DNA from: Nitrospiraceae bacterium
Lineage (GTDB): Bacteria > Nitrospirota > Thermodesulfovibrionia > UBA6902
NCBI GenBank assembly: GCA_020356065.1
Contig: CP070632.1
Coordinates: 58,665-122,664 of the forward strand
Direction of reading: 5' to 3'
DNA: 64,000 nucleotides
The notes under the pieces are model-generated. The model ran no database searches and was not told the origin of the DNA. It saw only the letters and a program-made list of their open reading frames with translations. Made by a program: the position numbers and the translations under genes. This document shows, in pieces, positions 49,529 through 59,673 of this stretch (position 1 is its first letter; every line of letters starts with the position of its first letter).

Positions 49529-51535
49529 ATGTTAGAAGAGGATAAAAGACAATTTGCCCGGTACCGAAAACAGTCATTATGTGATGTAAGAATAGGGTCA
49601 GAACTCCATAAAGGAAAAGTCGTTGATTACTCAAACGGTGTTGGGATACTCATAAAAAAAGTTCCGGAACTGGTAAAAGGTGCCATTGCTGAAATAGAAA
49701 TTTTAGACTATGAAATTAAATTCAGCGGCGAAGTGGTGTGGACAGAAGATTTTGGATATCAGCTCAGAGTCGGATTCAGAAGGCTCAACAACCTGAGGGG
49801 CAATCTTAAACATTACAGACTGATTGACATCCTTTTAGGTCTCAGCAAGAGCAGAAAAACGGGAATACTTGAGATAATCGTAGGTTCGACAGTAAAAAAG
49901 ATATATATTGACAATGGACTGAAGATTTTTGCTGTATCTACAAATACAAATGACCGCCTCGGAGAGTATCTTTTAACACAGGGTAAAATTACCCTTGAAG
50001 AATATAATCAGGCCTCTTACCTCGTTGAAAAAAAGGGACAGCGACTGGGTCAGGTTCTTATCGATCTTGGTTATTTAAAACCGAGTGATCTTGCCCCGTC
50101 AGTCCAACATCAGGTTGAAGAGATTATTATGGGCCTCTTTAATATAGATGAAGGCATATTTGAATTTAAAGAAGTCCCGCTCCCAACGGATGAACCAATA
50201 AAACTCCAAGTCAGCACGCCAAATCTCATATACAAGGGAATCAAGAGAATTAACAGCTTTCCCATGATAGATAAGATGTGTCCACCATTAGATACAGTAT
50301 TTAATCTGGCCAAGGACCCGCTCCCGCTGTTTCAGTCGCTCGACATTTTGGATGCCGATAAAAAAGTCCTATCGTATGTGAACGGAATCCATCCACTAAA
50401 AGGGATATTAACCCTTTCTCATACAAGTAATTTTGAGACACTTAAATCTGTTATCGCCCTTATGACCATAGGACTCATTACTATCAAGGGAGAAAATGAC
50501 ACTCCTGTTAAACTTCCCCTTGAAGTGATCTTTGGCGAACCTGACAAAACTCAACCGGTGGAACCAGATGAAGAGACACAGGAAGAGGTAACGACTGATA
50601 TTGGTGCAGGAGCTGCTGAAATGACAGACACTCAAACGAATATTGTTGAGAAACAGGAGAACGTTAAAGAACCCACAAAAGAGGAAGAGTCGGCAGTACC
50701 AGCATTGCCTGAAGCTCCCGCGTCTGAAATAACTGATGAAGATTCACATGACGATGAATCGGCTGATGTGAATGCAGAAGCCACTGAATGGGCAGTTGAA
50801 TATACGAATATGGTCGAGAATCAGGAGAACATGAAAGCGTCTGATGAGGAGGAATTGGCGATATCAACACCGCCTGAAGTTCCTGTTTCTGAAATAAATG
50901 AAGATACACATTCAGAAGAGATGGCTTCATTACGCGCAGAGAGTGCTGAAGAGACAATCGAACATGTGAAAACAAGTGAGAGCATCAGTAAAATGAATGT
51001 GATATCAGAGTCACACCTGTCTTTTATAGATGAGCATGATGAGATACAGGCTGAGAATATTACTGAACAGACAGATGAAAAACAATCCATTACATACACA
51101 GCAGGTTATGTCAATGAAACATCCGGAGTTCCTGAACCTGCTGCCATGGAGTCAGAAATGGCGGCTGCAGCAGGAGAGGAAGCATACGTACAGATGAATG
51201 ATATGACGTCTGAAAACACATCAACTGACGTGCTGCCGAACACTGTTCTGCAAAATGACGAAAGTGCTGACACTGCAGCAAAACCGAAGTCCAGAAAAAT
51301 ACTCATCATCTCAATTGTTATGATAATCATTCTTGTTGGAGCCATTGTTCCGATCATTTATGAATATATTACAATGCCATTATCTCCACCTGCCGTGACA
51401 ACTATAAAAAAATCTGAGTCTTTATCACCTGTGAACAATGAGGCATCAGAAAAAGTGAATGCAGGAATGCCGCAAGACAAATCATCATTCCCTGTCTTTC
51501 GGGAGGATGCAATAAAAAAGTTTCTCAACGAGTAA
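49529..51535 (+). CDS. PilZ - DUF4388 - acidic repeat linker - transmembrane helix protein (putative c-di-GMP receptor)
   Basis: 'RQFARYR' (RxxxR) plus 'DYSNGVG'. DUF4388-like 'LIDILLGLSKSRKTGILEI'. E/S/T-rich repeat. Transmembrane helix 'ILIISIVMIIILVGAIVPII'. Confidence 0.6.
   Translation: MLEEDKRQFARYRKQSLCDVRIGSELHKGKVVDYSNGVGILIKKVPELVKGAIAEIEILDYEIKFSGEVVWTEDFGYQLRVGFRRLNNLRGNLKHYRLIDILLGLSKSRKTGILEIIVGSTVKKIYIDNGLKIFAVSTNTNDRLGEYLLTQGKITLEEYNQASYLVEKKGQRLGQVLIDLGYLKPSDLAPSVQHQVEEIIMGLFNIDEGIFEFKEVPLPTDEPIKLQVSTPNLIYKGIKRINSFPMIDKMCPPLDTVFNLAKDPLPLFQSLDILDADKKVLSYVNGIHPLKGILTLSHTSNFETLKSVIALMTIGLITIKGENDTPVKLPLEVIFGEPDKTQPVEPDEETQEEVTTDIGAGAAEMTDTQTNIVEKQENVKEPTKEEESAVPALPEAPASEITDEDSHDDESADVNAEATEWAVEYTNMVENQENMKASDEEELAISTPPEVPVSEINEDTHSEEMASLRAESAEETIEHVKTSESISKMNVISESHLSFIDEHDEIQAENITEQTDEKQSITYTAGYVNETSGVPEPAAMESEMAAAAGEEAYVQMNDMTSENTSTDVLPNTVLQNDESADTAAKPKSRKILIISIVMIIILVGAIVPIIYEYITMPLSPPAVTTIKKSESLSPVNNEASEKVNAGMPQDKSSFPVFREDAIKKFLNE
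50641..50960 (+). repeat. Degenerate tandem duplication of about 162 bp (54 aa) inside the acidic linker of the PilZ-DUF4388 gene
   Basis: 'IVEKQENVKEP...PEAPASEITDEDSHD' against 'MVENQENMKAS...PEVPVSEINEDTHSE'. Confidence 0.6.
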
Positions 51536-51583
51536 CCGGTAAATTAATATATTTTTATTCGTTTATAGAATTATTTATCATTA

Positions 51584-51702
51584 CCCCTCTGTATCTCCCT
51601 TCGGAATCGGGTCGTACCGGCTTCGCAATGAGTCACATCGAACTGGCACAGAGGGGGTTTGAATTCTCCCCTTAACGAGCCGGTCCGACCCGATTCCGAG
51701 AC
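51584..51702. repeat. Highly structured intergenic element with nested inverted repeats: a roughly 25-bp imperfect pair (13-bp perfect core CGGAATCGGGTCG / CGACCCGATTCCG) plus CCCCTCTGT / ACAGAGGGG
   Basis: Seen directly. Located between convergent genes. No ORF. Confidence 0.4.
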
Positions 51703-51801
51703 CTGCTTAGGGATGGCCTTGGCGCGGTGATCTTTTGAAATTTCAAGTCACTAAAAACCCTTACCATAATGGCAGGTATTTTTAGTGTTCAACGTACATT
51801 A

Positions 51802-52713
51802 TTAATTAATGATCGCAAGAAGTTGATTCGAGGTCTTTTTATCGATATTCTTTATTTTGAGGTATATATCCATGGCCTTATCTTTATTGTCGTTCTTTGC
51901 ATATGTAATGCACAGACCCGTCAGGGCATCTAAATGCCCTGGATCAAGACGTAAGGCATTGTTAAACGCATCAATTGCCTCATCATACCTTTTAAGAAAA
52001 AAGTACGAATACCCGAGACCATTATGAAACTCCGGGATGTCCGGGGACAGCCGTGTGGCTTTTTCAAGGTATCCCCGGGCCTCTGAAGGTTTATCCATCT
52101 TCAGAAGGACCATTCCGAACCATGCGTTAAGGTCAGGGTGATCCGGCTGTTGTCTTATTTCCGCAGTTATAATATCAAACGCAGCAGTATAATCATTATT
52201 CTTGACAAGAGTCTCAATTTCTTTCAGGTTCTCCTTTAATCGCACATCTCTGACATTTTTGTCCTCATCTTCAGATGCAATGGAAACAGCTTGGTCAAGG
52301 GCAGGGGATGCAGATGATCTGTCCCCAGGCTCTTTCATTTTCACAGTGGATGAATCGGAATAAAGCTTCACGATCCTTTCCTCTTTTATATATGCTTTCA
52401 TCACAACAGCACTGGGTAGTTTTGATTCGACCGAACTGAAGAATTTCTCAACCAAATTATAATCCGTAAATTTACCCAGTCTGACAGAGTAGTATTTGCC
52501 GATTTTCTCTATTCTTAAATGGTCCAGTTGAGTTTCATCCAAAGTATTTGCAATCGAATCAAACTGCTCCTGTGCATCGTTCACATTTGAAAAGCTGCTT
52601 ACCTGAATTGTATGAAACAGGTTCGATGAATAAACTTTCAGAGGTAACAGCATTAAGAACAAGAATAAGGTTGCATATCCTGCTGCAGATACATTAAAGA
52701 CATTTTTTCGCAT
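51802..52713 (-). CDS. SPOR domain + TPR repeat protein with N-terminal signal-anchor
   Basis: SPOR-like 'IQVSSFSNVNDAQEQ...YYSVRLGKF'. C-terminal TPRs 'AWFGMVLLKMDKPSEARGYLEKATRLSPD'. Confidence 0.6.
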   Translation of the reverse strand: MRKNVFNVSAAGYATLFLFLMLLPLKVYSSNLFHTIQVSSFSNVNDAQEQFDSIANTLDETQLDHLRIEKIGKYYSVRLGKFTDYNLVEKFFSSVESKLPSAVVMKAYIKEERIVKLYSDSSTVKMKEPGDRSSASPALDQAVSIASEDEDKNVRDVRLKENLKEIETLVKNNDYTAAFDIITAEIRQQPDHPDLNAWFGMVLLKMDKPSEARGYLEKATRLSPDIPEFHNGLGYSYFFLKRYDEAIDAFNNALRLDPGHLDALTGLCITYAKNDNKDKAMDIYLKIKNIDKKTSNQLLAIIN

Positions 52714-53020
52714 ATAAAATCCTTTTTTCCCTTACGTTCCCGATGCTAGTGTTCTTATCGGAACATACATATGAAAACTTAAAATTATATTGTGAACGAA
52801 GTGACGTTTTTTATCATTGATTATACATGGTGCACAATGTTCAAAGGAATGCGTACATGTCATTCGATATACGAACTTACGAGCTGGAAGGAAATCCTTC
52901 TTGTACCTGGTAACGAATGTCTTGTAGCATATATAATCACCCTCAATGAACGCAGGGTCAGCGCATGCTCCAACATCCCTAAATCACTGATTTAAAACGA
53001 TGATGTGTCTACCCACAGCA

Positions 53021-54019
53021 TCAATTACCGAAAAGGTTGGGGAAATAAAAAGTATCATATTTTGTAACAAGGCTTTTAATATTCAGGTACTGAAGATCTT
53101 TAGACCTCTTCTCGCCAAATCCCAGTTTTTCAAAATCCATCATTCCGCCGGACACATGACATTCATTGCAGGCAATACTCACTTCTTTTCTTGCTATGTT
53201 TTTGTGGAACAGCTCAAATGAGTCCTTTTTCTCTTTATTGGACAGAGAGCTCTCCTTTGACATATATTCTCTGGCCTTGTCAGAATCTGCTGTATTCATC
53301 AATATTTTTTTCTTGCCGCTTTTTTTTGAAAACACGGCTATTCTTGATATGAGTGCGCCGTTTGCCTCCACAGGTTCATCTGATTTGTGTGAATCCGGAG
53401 ACATTTTTAGCATCTCCTGAATCGCCTTATTTGAATTGTGGCTTGAACGGTCTGTGATCGTTCCATAGGGTTCACCCACATATTCAAAGTGCTCCGGATC
53501 ATTCCAGTCATACTGGAGCTGTTTCAGATCCTCTTTCTTAAGGTGGCAGACTTCACACAACATGAAACCAGTGTGCATATTCAGCAGTGCCCTTACTTTT
53601 TTATTGTTGCTGTGAGGGTAAAGAGGGTGACAGACCCTGCATGACGATTTATCATCCAGCTTTGTAATGGCAAACCGCTCAAGCTTATGATAATTAACTT
53701 TGTATCCCGGGTACAGTGCATCTATTTTATCCCTGTCCTCAGTGTGACACCCGGTTGTGCAATTGACCGCGGTTTCACCGGTATGCGGTATCTGTGTGAC
53801 TGTAGGATGACACTTCCTGCAATCAACCGTGCCGTGGTCCGATGCAAGATGAATTTCTTCATCTATATGCATGACTTTAAATGTGTCAGGTTTCTCCATT
53901 CTGACCAGTCCCGGGTATTTATGACAGGTAAGGCAGCCCCCGTGGTCAACGGCAACACTTGTAACCGGAACTATCAATATAGTTAATAGATTTACTAACA
54001 GAAGCTTAATATTTCTCAT
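53021..54019 (-). CDS. Periplasmic multiheme cytochrome c (five CxxCH plus one CxxxCH)
   Basis: Signal peptide. Heme motifs CLTCH, CRKCH, CRVCH, CEVCH and CNECH, plus 'CTTGCH'. Confidence 0.75.
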   Translation of the reverse strand: MRNIKLLLVNLLTILIVPVTSVAVDHGGCLTCHKYPGLVRMEKPDTFKVMHIDEEIHLASDHGTVDCRKCHPTVTQIPHTGETAVNCTTGCHTEDRDKIDALYPGYKVNYHKLERFAITKLDDKSSCRVCHPLYPHSNNKKVRALLNMHTGFMLCEVCHLKKEDLKQLQYDWNDPEHFEYVGEPYGTITDRSSHNSNKAIQEMLKMSPDSHKSDEPVEANGALISRIAVFSKKSGKKKILMNTADSDKAREYMSKESSLSNKEKKDSFELFHKNIARKEVSIACNECHVSGGMMDFEKLGFGEKRSKDLQYLNIKSLVTKYDTFYFPNLFGN

Positions 54020-54166
54020 GTCATCAATTTTAAAAGGTATTACATAAGGAATCTCTGTATCGATACGAGCACATGAACGATACTATTCATTTTCTATCAT
54101 ATTATCGGGGCGTTGTAAATTAAAAAAAACTGATACAGATATAAATCTGAAAGATGTGCTGTCGGG

Positions 54167-54709
54167 TTAGGGGCTGGATACGGGTGTATGTGCGGCGGAA
54201 TCCTGTATGTCTATAATTTTTACATCAAAGTACAGTGTTTTGCCGGCGAGAGGGTGGTTGTAATCAAGAATGACTGTATTGTCTTTAACTTCCCTGACAG
54301 TTAATGGGATGACCCTGCCTCTCGCAGTTCGTCCCTGAATTTGAGCACCTGCCTTACGGGAATCTTCCGGTATTTTATCCTTTGGAACTTCACGGATTGC
54401 ATCTTCACGTACGTTACCGTAACCATCTTCAGGTTTAACAACAACATGTTTGCTTTCGCCTTTTTTCATACCGGAAAGTTCTTTCTCCAGCCCCGGCACC
54501 AACTGACCCTTTCCATGAATAAAGGACATGGGAGTTGGTCCGTCATTTGTATCATCCACATTTGTACCATCCACTTTGAGTGTATATTCAATCACAACAT
54601 ATTTCCCATCCGTAATGATTGGGATAATTTCCACTCCGGTTGTCTCAGCTAGAACCGAGGCTATAAAAAAAGCGGTGCATAAAAAAAGAATGACAACAAT
54701 CTTATTCAT
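54167..54709 (-). CDS. FKBP-type peptidyl-prolyl cis-trans isomerase, secreted
   Basis: Signal peptide plus an FKBP domain: 'YTLKVDGTNVDDT', 'GKGQLVPGLEKEL' and 'LAGKTLYFDVKIIDI'. Confidence 0.75.
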   Translation of the reverse strand: MNKIVVILFLCTAFFIASVLAETTGVEIIPIITDGKYVVIEYTLKVDGTNVDDTNDGPTPMSFIHGKGQLVPGLEKELSGMKKGESKHVVVKPEDGYGNVREDAIREVPKDKIPEDSRKAGAQIQGRTARGRVIPLTVREVKDNTVILDYNHPLAGKTLYFDVKIIDIQDSAAHTPVSSP

Positions 54710-54891
54710 GAAACACTGGCCCTCTTATTCTGCCATACGTTAACATGTACCGGATACCTATCTAAAAGTAACATATGGCAGGCACATATGCCAACCCGAT
54801 ACATAACTGGGATTATAATTTTATTTCATATATAATTCTATGACCAATATTTTGATACAAAGTAAACATTTTCATACTGGAGGTCCATACA

Positions 54892-55386
54892 ATGGCTGAA
54901 TATTCATTTGATGTAGTAAGCAGGGTCGATCTTCAGGAGGTTTTAAATGCGATCCAGCAGGCAATGAAGGAAATCAAACAGAGATTTGACTTCAGAGGCA
55001 GTAAGAGCAACCTGGAACTGGATCAGGGTAACAGCCTGATAACGATAACGTCTGATGATGAGTATAAACTGAAAAGTGTAATCGATATCCTTGAGAATAA
55101 GCTCATCAAAAGAAAGGTGCCGGTCAAGGCAATCAGCTACGGTAAAGTAGAGGATGCCGCCGGAAGCACAGTGAGACAGGTTGCTACTCTTCAGCAGGGC
55201 ATCCCGACAGAGAAAAGCAAGGAAATTGTCAAAATAGTGAAACATTCCAAACTGAAAGTACAGTCCGAGATCCAGAAAGACCAGCTCCGGATCAGGGCCA
55301 AGAAAAAAGACGATCTGCAGGCAGTTATTGCATTGTTAAAGGAAAAAGATCTGGGTATTCATATAGAGTTTGTGAATTACAGGTGA
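54892..55386 (+). CDS. yajQ: YajQ-family (UPF0234) nucleotide-binding protein
   Basis: 164 aa with the YajQ fold pattern. Family members bind c-di-GMP in xanthomonads. Confidence 0.75.
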   Translation: MAEYSFDVVSRVDLQEVLNAIQQAMKEIKQRFDFRGSKSNLELDQGNSLITITSDDEYKLKSVIDILENKLIKRKVPVKAISYGKVEDAAGSTVRQVATLQQGIPTEKSKEIVKIVKHSKLKVQSEIQKDQLRIRAKKKDDLQAVIALLKEKDLGIHIEFVNYR

Positions 55387-55479
55387 GATAGGGAATGGAT
55401 AATAGGTGACAGGTCATGGGTCATTGTCTTTTTTTATAACCGATAACCCATAATCCGTATTTTTTGTATAATACCTTTT

Positions 55480-57597
55480 ATGAGTGTATGGAATGATATA
55501 AGGCATGATTTTAAAACTGTTTTTACCATGGATCCTGCTGCCAGGAGCAAGGTTGAGGTCATTATCTCCTATTCAGGATTTCATGCTATAGTTTTTCACA
55601 GGTTAAATCATTACCTCTGGAATGCCAGGATACCCATACTACCCCGTTTTTTTTCGCAGGTAGCAAAGATATTTACCGGTATAGAGATACATCCTGCTGC
55701 AAAGATTGGCCGTGGGTTTTTCATAGACCACGGGATGGGTGTGGTGATAGGTGAGACTACGGAGATAGGAGAAAACTGTCTGCTGTATCAGGGAGTGACT
55801 CTTGGGGGTACGGGCAAGGAAAAGGGAAAGAGACATCCTACCTTAAAGAATAATATCGTTGTTGGCACCGGAGCAAAAGTGCTCGGGGCGATTACCATTG
55901 GAGACAACGTTAAAATAGGGGCCAATTCGGTTGTGCTTCATGATGTTCCCAAAGACTCCATTGTGGTAGGAGTGCCTGGAAGGGTCATTAAGAAAAAGGT
56001 TGTGAAGATGTTTGAAGATGGTCCGGTTGAGATGCTTGACCATGTTCATATTCCTGACCCGGTCGAAGATAAGTTTGAAAAGCTGAATAACATTATTCAT
56101 GAACTTGAAAGGAGAATCAGCACATTGGAAGGCAAGGGAGAGACCATAAAGGTTTATAACACAATGAGCGGAAAGAAAGAGGAGTTCATTCCCTTCACTC
56201 CGGGCAAGGTCAATATGTATGTGTGCGGGATTACCGCCTATGACGTATGTCACCTCGGACATGCAAGGAGCGCTATCGTGTTCGACATTATTAAGAGATA
56301 TCTGAGATACAGCGGTTATGATGTGACCCATGTGAGAAATATTACTGACATTGATGATAAGATTATAGCCCGATCAGCACAGGAGGGCATTTCCACTGAG
56401 GAAGTCGCCAAGAAATACACTGATGAATATTACAATGACATGGAGCTTCTGGGTGTCAGCAGGGCTGATATTGAGCCAAACGCTACTGACCATATCCATG
56501 AAATGGTAGAAACCATTAAAGGACTTATTGAAAAGGGATACGCATATCCGGTTGATGGTGACGTTTATTTTGAAGTGAGCAGGTTCTCCGGTTACGGGAA
56601 ACTGTCCGGGAAAAATATCGATGATCTCAAGGCAGGAGCCAGGGTCGATATTGATGAGAGAAAGAGGAGCCCTCTTGATTTTGCACTCTGGAAATCATCT
56701 AAGGAAGGTGAGCCATTCTGGGAAAGCCCATGGGGCAAGGGAAGGCCGGGCTGGCACATTGAGTGCACTGCCATGTCTTCAAAATATCTTGGGACAAGCT
56801 TTGATATACACGGCGGCGGAGCAGACCTCATATTCCCCCATCACGAAAATGAGCTTGCGCAGAGCGAAGCCTATTCGGACGAGCCTTTCGTGAAATACTG
56901 GATGCATAACGGTTTTATTACAGTGGACAAGGAAAAGATGTCTAAATCTCTCGGCAATTTCTTCACAATCAAGGAGATCTTAAGCAGATATGAACCCGAA
57001 GTAGTCAGATATTTTCTGCTCTCCGCTCATTATAGAAGTCCGATAGAGTTTTCTGACGTGCAGCTCAATGAAGCAGAGCTGTCGATTGACAGATACTATA
57101 CCACTGTCCTGCGGATCGATGATTTTCTGCAGTCAGAAAGTAATATTGACAGGATCACATCATCCGCTGAACTTGAAGACATTATGTCCGGATTCAGGCA
57201 CAAGTTCCATAATGCAATGAATGATGATTTTAATACTGCATCAGCACTGGGAATTATTTTTGAACTTATCAGAGAGGTAAACAGGTTTCTTGATTCCAAA
57301 CCTGCAGGTCAAAGGGCCAGGGACTTTGTTAAGCAGGCTTATGATCTGCTTGCTGAAATAGGCGGGGTGCTGAATATTTTTAATAAAACACCTGAAGAGT
57401 GGTACCGGGCGCTTATGAAAGTCAAGAAGATAGACATTACAGAAGATGATCTTCTCAAAAAAATTGATGCACGGCAGAATGCAAGGAAGAACAAGGACTG
57501 GTCTGCTGCGGATGATATAAGAAATGAACTCGCAGCAAAGAATATAATCCTTGAAGATAAAAAAGACGGGACTTCCTGGAAGATCAAGGTGGGTTAG
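55480..57597 (+). CDS. cysE-cysS: Fusion of serine O-acetyltransferase (CysE) with cysteinyl-tRNA synthetase (CysS) in one 705-aa ORF
   Basis: N-terminal 'IHPAAKIGRGFFIDHGMGVVIGETTEIG...LGGTGKEKGKRHP' matches the SAT hexapeptide domain. From about residue 225, 'MYVCGITAYDVCHLGHARS' (HIGH) and 'KMSKS' mark a class-I CysRS. Confidence 0.8.
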   Translation: MSVWNDIRHDFKTVFTMDPAARSKVEVIISYSGFHAIVFHRLNHYLWNARIPILPRFFSQVAKIFTGIEIHPAAKIGRGFFIDHGMGVVIGETTEIGENCLLYQGVTLGGTGKEKGKRHPTLKNNIVVGTGAKVLGAITIGDNVKIGANSVVLHDVPKDSIVVGVPGRVIKKKVVKMFEDGPVEMLDHVHIPDPVEDKFEKLNNIIHELERRISTLEGKGETIKVYNTMSGKKEEFIPFTPGKVNMYVCGITAYDVCHLGHARSAIVFDIIKRYLRYSGYDVTHVRNITDIDDKIIARSAQEGISTEEVAKKYTDEYYNDMELLGVSRADIEPNATDHIHEMVETIKGLIEKGYAYPVDGDVYFEVSRFSGYGKLSGKNIDDLKAGARVDIDERKRSPLDFALWKSSKEGEPFWESPWGKGRPGWHIECTAMSSKYLGTSFDIHGGGADLIFPHHENELAQSEAYSDEPFVKYWMHNGFITVDKEKMSKSLGNFFTIKEILSRYEPEVVRYFLLSAHYRSPIEFSDVQLNEAELSIDRYYTTVLRIDDFLQSESNIDRITSSAELEDIMSGFRHKFHNAMNDDFNTASALGIIFELIREVNRFLDSKPAGQRARDFVKQAYDLLAEIGGVLNIFNKTPEEWYRALMKVKKIDITEDDLLKKIDARQNARKNKDWSAADDIRNELAAKNIILEDKKDGTSWKIKVG

Positions 57598-57602
57598 AGA
57601 TG

Positions 57603-58670
57603 TTATTCTGTAATCCTCTTTCCATTGAGGAAGAAATGCACGCCCGTATCAGCCAACGAAAGAGTTATTTCTGCTCCTCTGCGTATCTGAAAACCTGAAG
57701 CAGCTTTTGCAGTAATTCTCTTTCCGTTAACGCTGACATAAATAAGGGTCTCAGGTCCGAGATGTTCGGTCAGTTCGACAGTTCCTGTAATCGGTCCAGC
57801 GCCGGGAGACAGGGACTCTGGCCTGATACCCATTATAAGATCCTTGCCTGTATACTGCATCAGCTCAGTTCTCGATGATACGTCAATCATCAGAGGTCCT
57901 GATTCAAAAAATATTTTGCCATCTCTATGAAGAGTTGTGCCGGTGAAAAGATTAATCTGTGGAGTCCCAATGAAGGTTGCTACAAACAGGTTGGAGGGTT
58001 TATGGTAGACCTCATCAGGAGTGCCTGTCTGTTGAATCTCTCCCTGATCAAAAAGAATGATTTTTTCCCCGAGTGTCATTGCCTCCACCTGGTCGTGAGT
58101 AACATATACAGTTGTTACCTTTAACTTCTGATGAAGATTTGCGAGCTCTACCCTCATGGTACTGCGCAGTTTAGCATCAAGGTTTGAAAGGGGCTCGTCA
58201 AAGAGAAAAAGCTTTGGGTTCCTTACAATAGCTCGCCCTATCGCAACGCGTTGTCTCTGTCCACCAGAAAGTTCTTTAGGCTTTCTGTCAAGGAAGTTAT
58301 AAAGCTCAAGCAGTGATGCTGTTTCTTTTACTTTAAGGTCTATATCATTCTTTGGCATGTTCCGCATTTTCAAGGCAAATGCCATATTATCAAATACGCT
58401 CATATGGGGGTACAATGCATAACTCTGAAATACCATGGCAATGTCCCTGTCTCTGGGAGTAAGATTGCTGACGTCTCTGTCGTTAATGAAAATACTGCCT
58501 TGATCAGACTGGTCCAGACCTGCTATCAGCCTGAGAACAGTGGTTTTTCCACATCCTGACGGCCCCAGGAGGACACAAAATTCTCCGTGATGTATTTCAA
58601 ATGATACATCTCTTATCACCTCAGTATTACCAAATGATTTTTTCAGATTGCTTACTTTGAGACTGCCCAT
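57603..58670 (-). CDS. MalK/UgpC-type ABC sugar-transport ATPase (orphan, with C-terminal TOBE-like domain)
   Basis: 'GPSGCGKTT', '[14 protein letters not shown]', '[11 protein letters not shown]'. No permease gene adjacent. Confidence 0.8.
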   Translation of the reverse strand: MGSLKVSNLKKSFGNTEVIRDVSFEIHHGEFCVLLGPSGCGKTTVLRLIAGLDQSDQGSIFINDRDVSNLTPRDRDIAMVFQSYALYPHMSVFDNMAFALKMRNMPKNDIDLKVKETASLLELYNFLDRKPKELSGGQRQRVAIGRAIVRNPKLFLFDEPLSNLDAKLRSTMRVELANLHQKLKVTTVYVTHDQVEAMTLGEKIILFDQGEIQQTGTPDEVYHKPSNLFVATFIGTPQINLFTGTTLHRDGKIFFESGPLMIDVSSRTELMQYTGKDLIMGIRPESLSPGAGPITGTVELTEHLGPETLIYVSVNGKRITAKAASGFQIRRGAEITLSLADTGVHFFLNGKRITE

Positions 58671-58980
58671 ACCTGATATATCGTTATTTCGGAAAATTAC
58701 TTCTTTTACATTGAGTTGAGGTTTTTAAAACAAATGATCTGGGTCTATTATAGCGTTCAGTTTCATAAAAAACATTCAATACCTGAAATTCCTGCATGAA
58801 AGAGGTGTATGTCAATTTATTTATCTAGTATGTTCAAATTATCCGTTTGATTAATGGAATTACGCTATTTATTGAATAACTTGCAGGTAAAAGGCTGTTA
58901 TCTATAAGTGACTGAATAAAAAAGGGAAATATTTTTTTCTCAATCTAAAGCTAACAATCAAAATTGCCGATAATATCAGT

Positions 58981-59667
58981 ATGACCGACATTCCCATGGA
59001 TGATAATGAAATAAACAAAGATTCCCTGGTCAACAATGCAGAAGAACTGAATAAATCTTATAGTGGAGAAACGGCAAATATGAGTGAAATGGATGAGCAA
59101 AGCAGATCAGACAGCAGCAGATCGTCTGATAATGATTTACATAACAACGTGTCTGCCAATGGATCTGAAACAGATAATAACGAAGCGTCAGGCGAAGAGT
59201 ATGCAGACCTGAATCAACCGTATGTACCTGACAGGCGGCAGGAAGAGCGAGATGGCCGTGACCGGAGGAGACATGAGCGTTCGGGGTTTACATATCCTGT
59301 GGGGCTGAAGATTTTTAAAAATCAGACATCAAATACATCTCACGATGGATATATTGAAGACATATCTATTAGCGGGGCAGGCGTAAAGTTTGAGGACAAA
59401 TATGGCAGAGTACAATTGGAAGGTCTTGCCGGTTCAAGTATCAAGATGATTGTCAGAATGCCGCGTGGTGATGATATAGCTTTATTGTCTGTTATAAAAT
59501 GGATCAGAAGAGATGTTACTGACAATGCGATTGTCAAAGTCGGCATTCAATTTCAGAGAATGGAAGACTGGCAGTTAAAGACAATAAAACAGCTGATCAG
59601 TCTTAAGAACAAGGACCACAATATGATGTGGAACCTTTTTGATAACTATGAAAAAAATGTCAGGTAG
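58981..59667 (+). CDS. PilZ domain protein with acidic, Ser-rich disordered N-terminus
   Basis: 'RDRRRHER' (RxxxR) plus 'DISISGAG' ((D/N)xSxxG). Confidence 0.6.
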   Translation: MTDIPMDDNEINKDSLVNNAEELNKSYSGETANMSEMDEQSRSDSSRSSDNDLHNNVSANGSETDNNEASGEEYADLNQPYVPDRRQEERDGRDRRRHERSGFTYPVGLKIFKNQTSNTSHDGYIEDISISGAGVKFEDKYGRVQLEGLAGSSIKMIVRMPRGDDIALLSVIKWIRRDVTDNAIVKVGIQFQRMEDWQLKTIKQLISLKNKDHNMMWNLFDNYEKNVR

Positions 59668-59673
59668 GGAACC

